Source of the DNA: Prorocentrum cordatum
Lineage: Eukaryota
Length of the DNA stretch: 64,000 bases
Direction of reading: 5' to 3'
Assembly: GCA_963575745.1 (NCBI GenBank)
Contig: CAUYUJ010000292.1
Span: 124,001-188,000 of the forward strand
Both the position numbers and the translations under genes were made by a program. Below, in pieces: positions 12,200 through 24,808 of this stretch (its first letter is position 1; the number at the start of each line of letters is the position of its first letter). A model generated the notes under the pieces. It saw nothing but the letters and a program-made list of their open reading frames with translations. It was not told the DNA's origin and ran no database searches.

Positions 12200-12840
12200 A
12201 GGCCCGACCACAAGAAACCTCCCACAAGAAACCCAACCCTGAACCCCAGGACGCCCATTGACTTCGGACGTGGGCACGTCACGCCCTCCATGGCAGAACC
12301 ATCGAGACCCAAGAGAAACCCGGGGCACCCTGGAGGCAAGCAGGGTGTCTCTTGGCGTGGGCCCCCACTGGTAACCCATAACTTTGGACGCCCGAAATGG
12401 GCACGGAAAGAATGGGTACAATGCCCAACAACCAATGTTGTCCCAAATCAACAGCGGCCGCTGTTGGGCAGGCGGCCTCCTGTCCCAAAGGAGCACGGGC
12501 CGCGGCGGCGCGGACAGCGATCCCTGTTCAAGATGAACAGGAACTGCTGTTGGGCATTGTACCCATTCTTTCCGTAGCCATTTCGTTCCTGCCTGCCGCA
12601 CCACCAGGTGCGTCGTCGGGGCGGGCCGGGCGTTTCGCCTGAGGCTTCCTTCAAACACTGCAGTAGGAGCCCGACCGCAAGAAACCTTCCACCAGAAGCC
12701 CAACCCTGGAACCCCAGGACGTCCATTGGTGTTTGGGGGAGCGTCAGGCTCTCCATAGCAAAACTGTACAAAACCATCAAACCCAAGACCAGGGCACCCT
12801 GGAGGCAGGCAGAGTGTTTCTTGGCATGGATCTCCACTGC
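12200..12840 (+). repeat. Two copies of a ~170-bp dispersed repeat flanking a foldback element
   Basis: 'cccaaccctg..accccaggacg...gggcaccctggaggcaagcagggtgt' at ~12200-12365 and ~12665-12840. Also at ~19985-20150 (+), ~20325-20490 (-) and ~45175-45340 (+). Confidence 0.8.
12393..12585. mobile_element. MITE-like foldback element with 38-bp TIR
   Basis: cgaaatgggcacggaaagaatgggtacaatgcccaaca (12393-12430) is the near-perfect reverse complement of 12548-12585. Second copy at 23076-23268. Confidence 0.75.
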
Positions 12841-12984
12841 ACTCCGACAGTAGGATCCCGCATCAGAATCCTCTCGGCGAACCTGGGGAATTACCCTCGA
12901 TCGCCGTCCTCGTGATGGGTGGGGCGCCCTTGCTGTCTCCGCTGCGTCGTTTTCCTTCTCGCCCCCTTGCCCTTGCGCAGGGGC

Positions 12985-14180
12985 CCGAAAGTGACGACAG
13001 TTACAGGATTCGGACGACCCGCTCAGATTAATATCACAATCTGCGGGCCCTATAGAGAGGGGGGTCCCGCCTGAGACTTCCTCGCATTTCACTCACGGAC
13101 GAGGCTCTCGCACGAGACTTCATCCAGATTCAAGGCTCAGGGGCCCGACGGCGACGACAATTACAGAATTTGGATGACCCGCTCGGATTAATAACAAAAT
13201 CTGTGGGCCCCATGAGGAAGAAACGAAACGAACGAGGGAAACGGAACCTGTGCAGGTTCCCTCTCCCGCGGCTAGAGCGGGAGCCCTTGCAGGTTCCCTC
13301 TCCAGCCGAACGAGAGCAAGACAGGGAGGGACACTGTTGCAGGCTCCTTCTCCCGCGGCTAGAGCGGGAGCCTTTGCAGGTTCCCTCTCCAGCCGAACGA
13401 AGGAAGGAGAGGGAGCCGTTGCAGGTTCCCTCGCCCGCGACTAGTGCGGGAGCCTTTCCAGCTTCCTTGTCCAGGAGGGAAAAAAAGCATTTGCAGGTTC
13501 CCTCTCCCGCGGCTAGAGCGGGAGCCTTTTTCAGGTTCCCTCCTCAATCAACCACGACGAAGACCAAAACCACGACATCGAATTTCTCCGGAAAGAAGGA
13601 GACAAGAAAGAACGATGATCCAACTATTCTCGCCGAGTGCTTGCACGAGCCTGCAACGAATGCTACTCGCACGAGGCCCCCGATCGAAAGTTCCCCGTTG
13701 AAGCTTCCTCCGACGTAAATCTGGCCCCTCGCAAAGGGGGGAGGTCCGCCTAAGATTTCCCCGCGTCACAGGATTCGGACGACCCGCTCAGATTAATATC
13801 ACAATCTGCGGGCCCTATAGAGAGGGGGGTCCCGCCTGAGACTTCCTCGCATTTCACTCACGGACGAGGCTCCCGCACGAGACTTCATCCAGATTCAAGG
13901 CTCAGGGGCCCGACGGCGACGACAATTATAGAATTGGAATGACCCGCTCGGATTAATAACAAGATTCGGGTGACCCGCTCGGATTAGAACCATGATCTGC
14001 GGTCCCCATAGGGAGGGGGCTCCCGCCTGAGACTTCCTCGCATGTCAATTACAGACGGGATTCCCGCACGAGACTTCGTCCAGATTCAAGGCTCACCTGC
14101 GGCTCCCAAAGGGAGGGGGCTCCCGCCTGAGACTTCCTCGCGCTTGACTGACAGACGGGGCTCCTCTGTTCGAGACTTCC
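12985..14180. repeat. Complex repeat: ~200-bp direct repeats enclosing short TGCAGGTTCCCTCTCC repeats
   Basis: 13003-13200 is nearly identical to 13768-13960. 'tgcaggttccctctcccgcggctagagcgggagcc' variants lie at 13250-13540. Confidence 0.85.
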
Positions 14181-14355
14181 TTAACATGAACGTATGCGTG
14201 TGCATGCGAAGGCGATGATTATGGGGATGGTGCTGTGAAAGTAATGCTGGTGATGACCAGATGGTGATACTGAGCGAGATGATGATCATGCTGATGGTGA
14301 TGCCGATGATGAACTGAGTGCGTGACAGATGTATTGTGTATGCTGAGTGTGTGAT

Positions 14356-14429
<74 letters not shown>

Positions 14430-14430
14430 C

Positions 14431-14492
<62 letters not shown>

Positions 14493-14493
14493 C

Positions 14494-14539
<46 letters not shown>

Positions 14540-14540
14540 G
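14356..14540. repeat. (GAT)n microsatellite
   Basis: Direct inspection. Confidence 0.97.
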
Positions 14541-16379
14541 TGTGAGTGATTGAATTAATGATGCTGATGTTGCAAGAGATGGTGAGGAGGCTGGTGCTGT
14601 TATGATGATGGTGGTGTGAGTGGCTGACTGTGATTGTGCGAAGGGAGACAAGCATAGGGAGGAGGAGACGTACTGCGCGGGGCTCCAGAGAAAACGAAAA
14701 CCTCACTACTAAGGATGTGGGGGGAAATCCGCCGACCCTGTCAGCGTATGTGAATTGTTTTTCGGTTTAAACCGACCTCGTCGCCGCTACCCCGCTTTCC
14801 CTGGGCCCTCCTCCTCAAGCGATCCAGCCATACGGAAACCAAAGAACGTCGTAATTGATTCGACGGGAAAGCCCTTTCTTTTGATCCCTTCCCTGGCGGG
14901 GGAGGTAGCAGGGAGAGGTCCCCAGGGGGTGGGGGGAGTAGCAGGGGGAATCCCGGGAAGGGTAGCGGGGGGGGGGTCCGAGAGGGGTCCCGGGCGTCGT
15001 GCCGCCTCCGCCAGAGGGGTCTCCCCAGTGCAGAGGATGAGCAGGGGGGCGGTCCCCTTGTGGACAGAAGGACCCCCCCCCCGCCTCGACCCTGTGGACA
15101 AGGGGACCCCCATCCTCCCCCCCCTCCTGGACCCCCCCCAAAAAACAGGTACCCTCCTCGCTCCCATCTGCTGTTGCACGGTGCTGCGTGTTTTCCTTGC
15201 ATGACTCCAGGAGGCCTCAGATCTAGTCCGAAGCGTCTCCAAGTGGCCACCAAGCTTCCCACAAAGTCTCCCAGTGGTCCCCCAACAGAGCCCAACAGGC
15301 TCCCAAGAGAGCCCCAAGAAAGGCTCCAGAGCATCAGCGTCGTCGTCGTCGCCACCGCCGCCGCCGCCGTCGTGCCCCTCCAGGGCCGGCGGCACCAACA
15401 GCAAGGCCTTCCGAATGTAAGTGCTTCCCAGTTCGAGATGCGCCCCCAAGAATTGCACAAATGGGGAACTGGTCATATTCAAAATGGAGCTCTCGCCCTA
15501 GAGAAGCGAACACCCTCTTAAGCATGTCACACAGCAGACACAACAACGGCAAGGACGCGGACGCACAACGGGCACGCAATGGACACCCGCGGACATACGA
15601 CGGACACTCATCCTTCTCCTCCTCCGCCTTCTCCTCCTTTCCTCCTATTCCACCTCCTCCTCCTCCTCCTCCTCCTCCCCCTCCTCCTCCTCCTCCTCCT
15701 TCAGCGACCTTCAGCGATCGTGGGCACATCCCTCCGCACCGAGATGCATGAAACGCGTGGCCGGCAAACAACAACAAAGAAGAAGAAGAAGAAGAAGAAG
15801 AAGCGGGGCGCGCCCGAGCGCCAGGGGCCGTTGCAGCCGAACGAGAAGCTCGGCGGCAGCACGACGGCCGACGACCGCCCGAGGGGGCCTCCGCACTCCG
15901 CAGACGCGCCAAGCCCGCGCGGCGCGGCGCACCTCCGCCCGGGGGCACGCCTGGACGACGGGGACTGCGCCGCCCAGGGAGTGCCTTCGAACTCCGGGTG
16001 GCGTCCCTGGCTTCGGGGGGCGGTCCGAACGGGGGCACCGCGCGGCGAGGATGGAAGCGGTGCCGCCCCGAAGGCGCCGCGCCTGGAACATGTCCCTGTC
16101 CCTATGCTGGGCATCTCCTCATCACGATGCCAATCTTGGGGATTCCCTTATTGTTTGAGGGCGCGTCCCTAAGCTTGTCATCGCCGTTTGGCGTGTCAGT
16201 CTGAGGGATAGGCATAAGTTCGAGGCTGGCAATCTTCGAGCTCGGGGTGGCGTCCCTGGCTTCGGAGGGCGGTCCGAACGGGGGCCCGCGCGGCGCGGGG
16301 GAAGCAGTGCCGCCCCGAAGGCGCCGCGCCGCGAGCGCCGCGAACGCCACGGCCACATCCGATGGAAAAGTCCGCGGGG

Positions 16380-16990
16380 CTCGCGAGCGGCCCTTGCAGC
16401 TCTGGACAGCCCACGGCAAACAGTTTTGCAGATGCCCACCCCAGTGCCTGACTCCTCCGCACGGTGCACACTGGTGCTTACCCTTTGGCCCGATGCGGAT
16501 CGGCTGTTGGCCGAGCGCACCTGGCACCAACCCGAGCTGAGTAGGGCGGCGCCGAATCCCCGCGCGCACCTCTTCAACATCTGGAAGGCCGCATTCGAAA
16601 AGGGCGCCTCACCGTCTCGCGAATGAGGCAGGCGCCCTGTGCCACGAGCTTCTCCTGCTCGGCGCATAGCAGACGAGCTTCAAGGTAATGGGGCTGCAAC
16701 TCCGCCCCCAGCCTGGCCAACCGATTGGCCTCTCGCTTCCCAGCCAAGGCCCAATGCAGGGCCCCCCGACCCAAGGCCAGGACCCGAGAGAGGTGGCGTT
16801 TGACCTTGCTGACTCTGATATTTTGCAGCCCTGCATCCCTGGCCCTGGCAAAAGCGTCGCACCAAATCTCGCCGAAGGCAACGCTCGTGGGGCCCAAGTC
16901 GGGCCCGCGGGCCCAAACGTCGAGGGCCATCTTGCGGTCCGTGACAAACTCCATTTCACAGGAGCCCAGCTGCCTAGGCGCCATGGAGCT
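16380..16990 (-). pseudogene. LINE-derived RNase H plus Cys-rich C-terminal fragment
   Basis: EFVTDRKMALDVWARG...AFGEIW...IRVSKVKRH...WALAGKREANRLARLGAELQP aligns by eye with the RNase H of the 27871-29286 ORF (VVCDCKMVVDIW...AYAEVW...VEKIRSH...WRGNREADRLAK). Confidence 0.75.
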
Positions 16991-17191
16991 ACTGGAGCGC
17001 GTGGGGGAGGCGCCCATAGATCGAACCGATGACGCCCTCCCCCCCCCCCTGTCGACGGCAACGGCCCCCAAACCAGCGCGCGCGCCACCAGGTCCCTGTC
17101 GGGATCCACAGCAGAGCCGCCCGAGCAGATTTTGCCAGTGTCGAGCGCCCCAGACGGGGGGGCGAGGGGGGGGAGGGGGGAAGGGGGGGGG

Positions 17192-17222
<31 letters not shown>

Positions 17223-18069
17223 CGAAATCCATCTGAACTGGAATCCACGCGGGGGGCAGGCCAGACACACTCTGGGCTCGGCAAGAAAGCGCGGGTCGCT
17301 CCCTGGGTCGTCGCCCGAGCGGGCTCGCGACCCAAGGGGCGAAAGCATCGCCCGGGCCGAGGCTCTCCCCGAGCACGCGGCTGCCATCGCATCCGCAAAG
17401 CCGGCGCTTCGGGGGGCCCGCGAAGCCGCCGCGCCACTAGCAGAACGGGCGCAGGACACGGCGCTCCGCAAAAAGGGCACGCTGGGTGAGGAGCAGGAGG
17501 AGGAGGAGGAGGAGCAGGAGGAGGAGGAAAAGGAGGAGCAGGAGGAGCAGGAGGAGGAGGAGGAAGGGGAGGAGGAGGACGACGAGGAGGAGGATTATGA
17601 GAAGGCGGAGGAGGAGGAGAAGGAGGAGGAGCAGGAGGAGGAGCAGGAGGAGGAAGGGGAGGAGAAGGACGACGAGAAGGAGGATTATGAGGAGGCGGAG
17701 GAGGAGGAGGAGGGGGAGGAGGAGGACCAGTGTAAACCCAAGAGTCATCAACGATGTTGGAATTAACCTCCCTCCAAGCTCCCTCTTCATAGGCCCCTAC
17801 AACAGTTCATTTCCATTGAGGGAACTGCCTCGGTGGAAAACAACCGTTTGAAGACCCTGAAGCATGCCAAACCATTGTTCTCGGGATTTCAACGCCACGG
17901 ATCAACCTGACTGCTGCGTATTGACGATTCGGAATCGTGCCAGAATGCAATTTTGGGATCTCAACACCGCGAAACAACATGACTGCTGCACCAGCATAAG
18001 CCTGAATCCTTCCAAAACACCATTTCTGGTACGCTGATCATGGGGATCCGTGAAACTCTTGCAACTTGT

Positions 18070-18450
18070 TAGAACGAATGCGCTCGACGCCAAGGCGATA
18101 GCCACATTTTGAACATCACCCGCCCCCAATCCGTGCAATGTGCGCAGCGCTGGGGCGAGAGCCGCATTTTGAAAACCAACCGCCTGAATTCCGTGAAACG
18201 GTTGCGAATGTTTAAAAACAATGTGCGCGGCGCTAAGGCGAGAGCCACATGTTGAAAAAGACCCGCCCTCAATCCGTGATTTGTTTGCAAATCTTTGAAA
18301 CGAATGTGCGCGGCGCTAAGGCGAGAGCCACATTTTGAAAACCACCCGCCCTCGATCCGTGAAACTCTTGCAGTGTTTGTGAAAGAAATGTGCGCGGCGC
18401 TAAAGCGAGAGCCACATGTTGAAAACCACCCGCCCTCCTGTGAAACTGTT
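18070..18450. repeat. ~83-bp degenerate tandem array, ~5 copies
   Basis: 'aatgtgcgcggcgctaaggcgagagccaca' at ~18221, 18303 and 18387, plus diverged copies upstream. Confidence 0.85.
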
Positions 18451-19339
18451 GTCACTTTTTTCTTACTTCAGAAAATAAGTGGTAAGGAAGTCTCAGGCGA
18501 AACGCCCGGCTCGCCCTAAAAACTGGGCTCGGGGTGCGGCAGGGAGAAGTTATTTACAAGGAGAAGGAATGGAGGAGGAGGAGGAGGAGGAGGAGGACGT
18601 GCCTCTGAGCTTCTTGCTCGATAGTTAATAAGGGTCCCGAGCGCCCTCTTGCCCCATCCTACCAGGACGAGCCGAGATTCCGCGGCAGGCCACCCCATCG
18701 CGACACACTCGAACCGCCCAGCCGCGACGACGAAGGGTGCACAAAACCGCGCCAGCAGGTCCCGCGACCTGCCCCCAGCCAAAATCCCCAAAAAAGCAGG
18801 CGTCACAACTCTTCTTCATCTGGGCCCGGGCTGCCCCGTCTCCGTGCACGGTCAGGCACCGAGTGAGAAGGGGGTCGGTGTTAGCCGCGGAGGAAGGGTC
18901 GGATGTTTGATCCCCCCAAGCTGATACTCTATCCTGGATCGACCTTTCGGGGTCCCAAAGATGGACTGGCCGAACACAAATCTAACTCGGCGAAGCCTGG
19001 CATCCGCGATGCCCATGACAGCACTGCCGCACATGACGGCTGGGAGACATCCAGTCATGACCACGCACGAGACCCCTCGGAAAAATGGCCGAAAGCCCCG
19101 AAACCGCTTCACCCTCGGCGCGATGGAAGAGACCCTCTTCCTCTGGACCCCAGCACTCCGCTATCACTTTTCGACCGAAAAAAAAGACCCACTTCTTTCG
19201 TTCTCAAAGTATTAAAGCCCCACCCTTTTATCCCCCTCACCACCTCCTTGCCTACCTCCCCGTCCGCGGCCATGGCCCCCTGGAGATGAAGAGGAAGAGG
19301 CCCTGGAGCTGGGTGGGGGGGCAACTGGCTGTAGCGCCC

Positions 19340-19840
19340 AATCGCTGTCCTAGGTGGGTGGGCTACAACTCCCGCGGCAAAAAGCGCGGTGTCATCCACC
19401 ACGTTAAACGCACGAGTGCTGGGCCAGCGGGCAATCGCGGCATCGACGGGGGCGAGCAGGATGAGCTTGATCAGGCTGGTTGCGAAGGCACAGCCCGCGA
19501 TGACCCGTTGCCCCACGTAGATGATACCCGAGGTGGACTGGTTCATCTGGAGCAACTTGGGGGCATGGCATATAGAGAGCAGAACCAGGCACCTAACCAG
19601 GGAAAATCCACGCCCGATCGCCGCGTGGGCCAGAGGGATCTGGAACACTGTGATTGTTATGCGCCTTGGCAAGGTCCACCAGGACCGCCCCTGTGCCGAC
19701 CTCGACCAGAACCCGAATTCGGCGGCGTGCGCTTGCTCCCAAACCGACCGCTCGCAGCTTCTGCCGACGGCCACGCAGTGGCACCACCTGCCTTGCTTGG
19801 CCCCCAAGGCCACAGCTTCGGCACGCGTGACTTTTCCAAA
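19340..19840 (-). pseudogene. LINE reverse transcriptase fragment (same family as the 23.5-29.4 kb element)
   Basis: GRSCERSVWEQAHAAEF ... VIAGCAFATSLIKLILLAPVD...RAFNVVDDTAL parallels GRSCERAVWEQSAIGEF ... ILAGCTVATILLKVFLDP...RTFNVVDDITL. Frameshifted. Confidence 0.85.
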
Positions 19841-20579
19841 GGAGGAGGAGGAGGAGGTGGAGGAGGAGGAGGAGGCCAGAGCCCTGTGGGCCTGAAACCC
19901 CATCAGGAGTGGGGAGAAAGGCGCGAACATGAGCGCGAGCTGGACTGGCGCGCGCCCCAAGGGCCCGCACCGAGTTTCCAGGGGGCCCGACCACAAGAAA
20001 CCTGCTACAAGAAATCCAACCCTGAGACCCCAGGACGTCCACTGATGTTGTTTTGGTGTGGGAGCGTCACGCTTTCCATCGCCAAACCATCGAAACCCAG
20101 GAAATTCAGGGCACCCTGGAGGCGAGCAGGGTGTTTCTTGGCATGGGTCTCTGCTGTACACGTGCCGCCCTTCCCACGACCTTCGAACTCCTCCCCCAGA
20201 ATCGTCGACCTCGCGTCGCCACGGCCACCTGCGTTGATCGGCCATTGCCAGAGAGGAACAGTTGTGCCCCGACTCTTCTGGTGCTGTCCAAATGCGGAGC
20301 ACCAACAACATCATGTACCGTGGAGGCCCGTGTCAAGAAACACCCTGCTTGCCTCCAGGGTGTCCTGTGTTTCTTGGGATTCGATGGCTTGGCGATGGAA
20401 AGCGTGACGTTCCCACACCAATAGAAACAGTGGACATCCTGGGGTGTTGGGATTATTGTGGAAGGTTGATTGTGGTCGGGCCTCCACTGTATGCAGTGGA
20501 ATGCTCGCCCGAAGCGAAGCAGCCTATCTGAGCACACGCAATGAAGCCGTCCTGCCCAACTGGCTCGACAAATTTAATA

Positions 20580-20616
20580 CTTGGGCCACAATGGCTGGAG
20601 GCACAATGGCTACGGA
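20580..20616 (-). other. Genomic dinoflagellate spliced-leader copy plus tandem relict SL
   Basis: Minus strand TCCGTAGCCATTGTGCCTCCAG (19/22 to DCCGTAGCCATTTTGGCTCAAG) immediately followed by CCATTGTGGCCCAAG (13/15 to the relict unit). Confidence 0.8.
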
Positions 20617-20618
20617 AT

Positions 20619-20990
20619 CTCCTCCTCCTCCTCCTCCCCCTCCTCCTCCTCCTCCTCCTCCTCCTCCTCCTCCTCCTCTTCCTGCTCTCACTCCCCCTCC
20701 TCCTCCTCCTCCTCCTCCTCCTCCTCCTCCTCCTCCTCCTTGTCCTCCTACTCCTCCTCCTCATCCTCCTCATCCTCCTACTCCTCCTCCTCCTCCTCCT
20801 CCTCCTCCTCCTCCTCCTCCTCTCCTCCTCCTCTTCCCTCCTCCTCCTCCTCCTCCTCCTCCTCCTCCTCCTCCCTCCTCCTCCTACTCATACTCCTATT
20901 CTACCTCCTCCTCCTCCTCATCATCATCATCATCCTCCTCCTCCTCCCCCTCCCCCTCCTCCCCATCCCACTCCTCCTTCCCCTCCCCCC
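20619..20990. repeat. (CCT)n microsatellite
   Basis: Direct inspection. Confidence 0.95.
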
Positions 20991-21829
20991 TTCCTCTCCC
21001 TCATCCCCCTCGGCACAGCCTGAGCGCCAACGGAGCGTCTGCACCGATGCACAGAAGTGGGTAGCGCTGCCCTTTGATCGGTCCTTACCACTTTCGCCCC
21101 CACACATTCCAGTCAACGAATGCCAAACCAGCTGCCTGTGAGTGCTTGCTGGCTCACCAGCACAGGTGGGATCGGCAGAACGGAGGGGTTGCACAAGCAC
21201 GTGCCGCTCCGTAGTAACATGGATGCGACCTCGGGCAATAGTGGAATGAACCCGAGCGCCCGGGGATCCAGCGGGCTGCGGTCCAGGGTAGGCATCGGCG
21301 AACTTCGCTGATACCGAATTTCCTCACACCACGCACACTACACTTAAGTCGGGCGCGTCCCCCTACAGAGGGGTTTCCGACGAAAAATAAAACATACTCA
21401 CACAATGCTCCAAAATGGTCAAAAAAATACTAGATGTGAAAAAAAAGTCCCCAGACTATTTGTATCATTTGTGAATATTCCCCCTGTAGAAAGAGAGGGA
21501 CAGGCCCGACGTAACACTACACACCACCTCCCCCCCACAGGCTGGAAAGGATGGGCAGCATATACCCGTCCACCTGCACTGGCCTGCCTTGTATCTGCGA
21601 GGCCCGCACGAGGAGGCACGGCAGGGGTGGCAGTGGGAGGGGCGACGAGGCGAAGCTGCGTGTCGTGGGGGTTCGCACACGCAGCCTTCTGCTTGTCAGA
21701 AAAACGAGTGCTGCCCATGTCAGCCAGGGCGGGGCCAACCTGCGCGACCCAAGACGCCCAAACAGATAGGACCTTGACCTTGGCTACGCGGCGATCTCTC
21801 AACACGGCGGGAATGCGAAATCGATCGCA

Positions 21830-22230
21830 CTGGCACTGCGCCCAGCCGTCGGCCAGGTCGCTTGAAGCCTTGTGGAACTCCGAACTGAGGCCCCCCTGCA
21901 CATGCGCGCGCGTGCTGTGCGCGCGCCTTCACAACACGCATCTGCTCGAGACCGCTCAAGTCCTCGATGCGCATCCCAACCTGGCTCCACAGTTCGGCCC
22001 AGGCGCTGCGGCTGCAGACACGATACTCATGGCCCAGAAGGTACAGGCCATCGTGCACGAACCGACTGTCCGTTTAAGAGGTGGTGACAGGGGCAGCATG
22101 CTGCAGGCCGCACAGCAGGGCGACCAGCTCAGTCGCGTCGACGTCAGCTCCGAACAGAACAGGAGTGCCACAGAAAACCAAAAGCGTGCGGCGGCTGTCG
22201 GGATCGATCGCGACCAACGCCCACGCCAGA
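21830..22230 (-). pseudogene. Second LINE-type RNase H fragment
   Basis: ALVAIDP...DVDATELVALLCGLQHAAPVTTS*TDSRFVHDGLY...SAWAELWSQV...MRVVKARA, then frameshifted HKASSDLADGWAQ. E, D and terminal D motifs lie in RNase H order; in-frame stop. Confidence 0.65.
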
Positions 22231-23075
22231 GCCTGACATCCCCCTCATCCCCCTCCTCCTTCTCCTCGCCGTCCTCCTCCTCCTCCTCCTCCTCCTCCTC
22301 CTCCTCCTCCTCCTCCTCCTCCTCCTCCTCCTGCTCCTGCTCCTCAACCCCGTCCTCCACCTCCCCCTCCTCCTCCTCCTCCTCCTCCTCCCCCTCCTCC
22401 TTCTCTTCCTCCCTCGCCGCAGACGCCGCCTGGCGGAGGGGGGGAGCCGCGTGGGCTGGGCAACGGCTCGACTGCCGGGCAGCGAGCTGAGAGCGGGGGC
22501 GCGGCCGCGGCGGCTCCAGGAGGGAGGAGAGAGGGAGAAGGAAAAAAGGAAGGAGGCTCGAGGAGGGGGTGAAGAAGGAAGGGAAGGAGGGACGAGGGGG
22601 TGGGAAAGAAGAGGAAGATGGTGGAGGAAGGTGGGGGGAACGGAAAAAGAGTAACTATATAAGAAGGCGATGAAGAATAGGAGCAATTATAATGTTACGA
22701 GGGGTAACAAGAATGAGAGGAAAAAGAAGCGGGGACAATCCTGCAAACCAGCCGATGACTCTACAACGCGCACCGCGCAGCACAGTTGACAGTGTCGACA
22801 GGTAGCGCCAGCCATCCCTCCCGAAGCGACGACAACGACACCGACCACCACGACAACATCGACGTTTCCGGCAACTGCGCCAGAGACCGTAGAGCCTCAC
22901 CGCAGGAGCCAACTCCCATGACCAAGAGAACAGAAAGGACGCGGGCAGAAAGACTGCGTGCCGAGCGCCCCCCACCCCCTCCCCGTCCTGGACCCACCCT
23001 CCACCCAGTCCACTGCCCCGCCCTCCGATTCGCGCCCGCCCTCCGCTGCTTCCAGCTGCCATATATTTGGACGCC

Positions 23076-23268
23076 CGAAACGGGTACGGAAAAAATTGGC
23101 ACAATGCCCAACAACAAATATTGTCCCAAACCAACAGCGGCCGCTGTTGGGCAGGCGGCCTTCTGTCTCAAATGTACACAGGCCACGGCGACACCGATAG
23201 CTAGTCCTGTTCAAAATGAACCGGAACCGCTGTTGGGCATTGTACCCATTCTTTCCGTACCCATTTCG
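23076..23268. mobile_element. MITE-like foldback element, copy 2
   Basis: Homologous to 12393-12585, including the internal palindrome aacagcggccgctgtt. Confidence 0.75.
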
Positions 23269-23492
23269 TTCGTACCGAATGTATCCCTCCCCACACCCCG
23301 CCCTCCGCTGTTTCCAGCTGCCATATACCGACCCGCATGCGAGGGCTGCGAATGCGACCCGCATGGCGCCCTCCCTCTGGACGGTTTCCCCCGGGGCCGT
23401 AGGCGACCCGAGGAGGGGAGGGCGAGGAGGAGGAGGAGGAGGAGGAGGAAGAGGAGGAGGAAGAGGAGGAGGGGGAGGAGGAGGGAAGAGGA

Positions 23493-23539
23493 TCCGTAGC
23501 CTGGCTCAAGCCAGCTGGCTCAAGCCGCTCTGGCTCGAG
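23493..23539 (+). other. Spliced leader plus two relict SL repeats at the LINE 5' end
   Basis: TCCGTAGCC----TGGCTCAAG CCAGCTGGCTCAAG CCGCTCTGGCTCGAG versus DinoSL DCCGTAGCCATTTTGGCTCAAG and relict CCATTTTGGCTCAAG. Confidence 0.8.
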
Positions 23540-23635
23540 ACATGCCAGGCACAGGGCCTGCACGCACCGCTCTCCAGGAGCCGCCAAAGGCTCGCCAGCG
23601 GGAAGAATGTTTCGCCACTTGCAGAGCGTACAGCC

Positions 23636-24736
23636 ATGTCGTTCAGCAAGAGCTGGTCCAAGGGAGGCGGCAAGAGTGCAGGCAAAGGCACAGCACAGCA
23701 TACGTACGCGGGAAGTTGGTACGACCAGCCTGGAAGTACCAAGTGAAGTGTGGATGCGGATGTGGCAAGAATCAAGCAGACTGGAACTGGTGCAAACACT
23801 GTGGAGTACCAAGGTCGATGGGCGAGGTCTTTCTGCCGAGGGACGGCCTCAGCCAAGGCGTTGGCCCAAGGTGTGCTCCCTCCTCCTGGTCTTCATCTTG
23901 CACCTCTGCGTGTGGGAGCTCAGCATGGGACTGGCGGCTGCGGCGGCTGCCAGGACCTCAAGAGCCTCATGGATGCGGAGCTGCAGAGTTTGGAGCAGTT
24001 GGGCAGCAAGACGAACAATAACCAGCTCACCAGTGCTTGTCAGCAGGAACGTGTTCGCCGATCACAGCCAGGCCGTGCAGCGCACGAAGTGGCAGGAGAG
24101 GCGCACTCGCATTTGCAGTACATGGAAAAGCAGCTGCTGGTTGCGACCGAGAAGCTCGAGGGCCTCTCCAAGCAGCACGCCGAGCAGCAGATGGTCACCG
24201 ACCTGGTCGCGAAGGTGGAGCTGGCCAAGTCCGAGTACCAGCAGGCGGTGGCGGTGCTCCACTCCAAGACCGTGGGAGCGCAGGAGAGAGTGCAGCCTCC
24301 GTCGGTGTCGGCCAAGTTGTGTATCCGAGACATACTGGAAGGCAACATTCAAGATATCTTCGTCGACGACGAAAGTCTCTTCGGCCTGGGCGACGTGCAG
24401 GAGCTGGATGCGACTGACAAGTCCCAGCTTGAGGAGCGCAAGAGGTTGCTTCCAGAGGGTCTCAAGTCAGTCACGGAGAACCTGTTCAGTTCGGTCAAAG
24501 AGAAGGCGGAGTCCCTGGTACAGCAGCATCAGGAGCACTCCGAGCGCCTCAAGAAGAAGCGCAAGGGTGACAACAGCAAGCAGGTGCAGAAGCAGGTGGA
24601 GAGCGTGGCCGCGGAAGCGACGCAGGCTGCTGCGAGTGCAGCGGCCGCCGCCACACCTGAGTCGAAGCCTTCTGACGCTCTCGCCCGAGCCAAGGCAGCC
24701 CTCGCTGCCACGGGCGAGAGCCCGACGCATTCCTAG
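23636..24736 (+). pseudogene. LINE ORF1 (RanBP2-like Cys finger plus coiled coil), frameshifted
   Basis: gccATG at 23636 (MSFSKSWSKGGGKSAGKG). Adjacent frame gives WKYQVKCGCGCGKNQADWNWCKHCG; a third frame gives a long E/K/Q-rich helical region ending at stop 24736. Confidence 0.7.
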
Positions 24737-24808
24737 CCATCACGAGCGCCTAGTAGCCTGCAACCGTCCGTTGTCTCCTCCGCCTTCCTCCCCCCCCCCC
24801 CCCCCAAG

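Noticed and set aside
12571..12583. TCCGTAGCCATTT, identical to the DinoSL 5' part
   Set aside because: It lies in a MITE arm. The opposite arm and the second copy (ccgtacccattt, 23255) differ, and TGGCTCAAG is absent, so it is probably coincidental.
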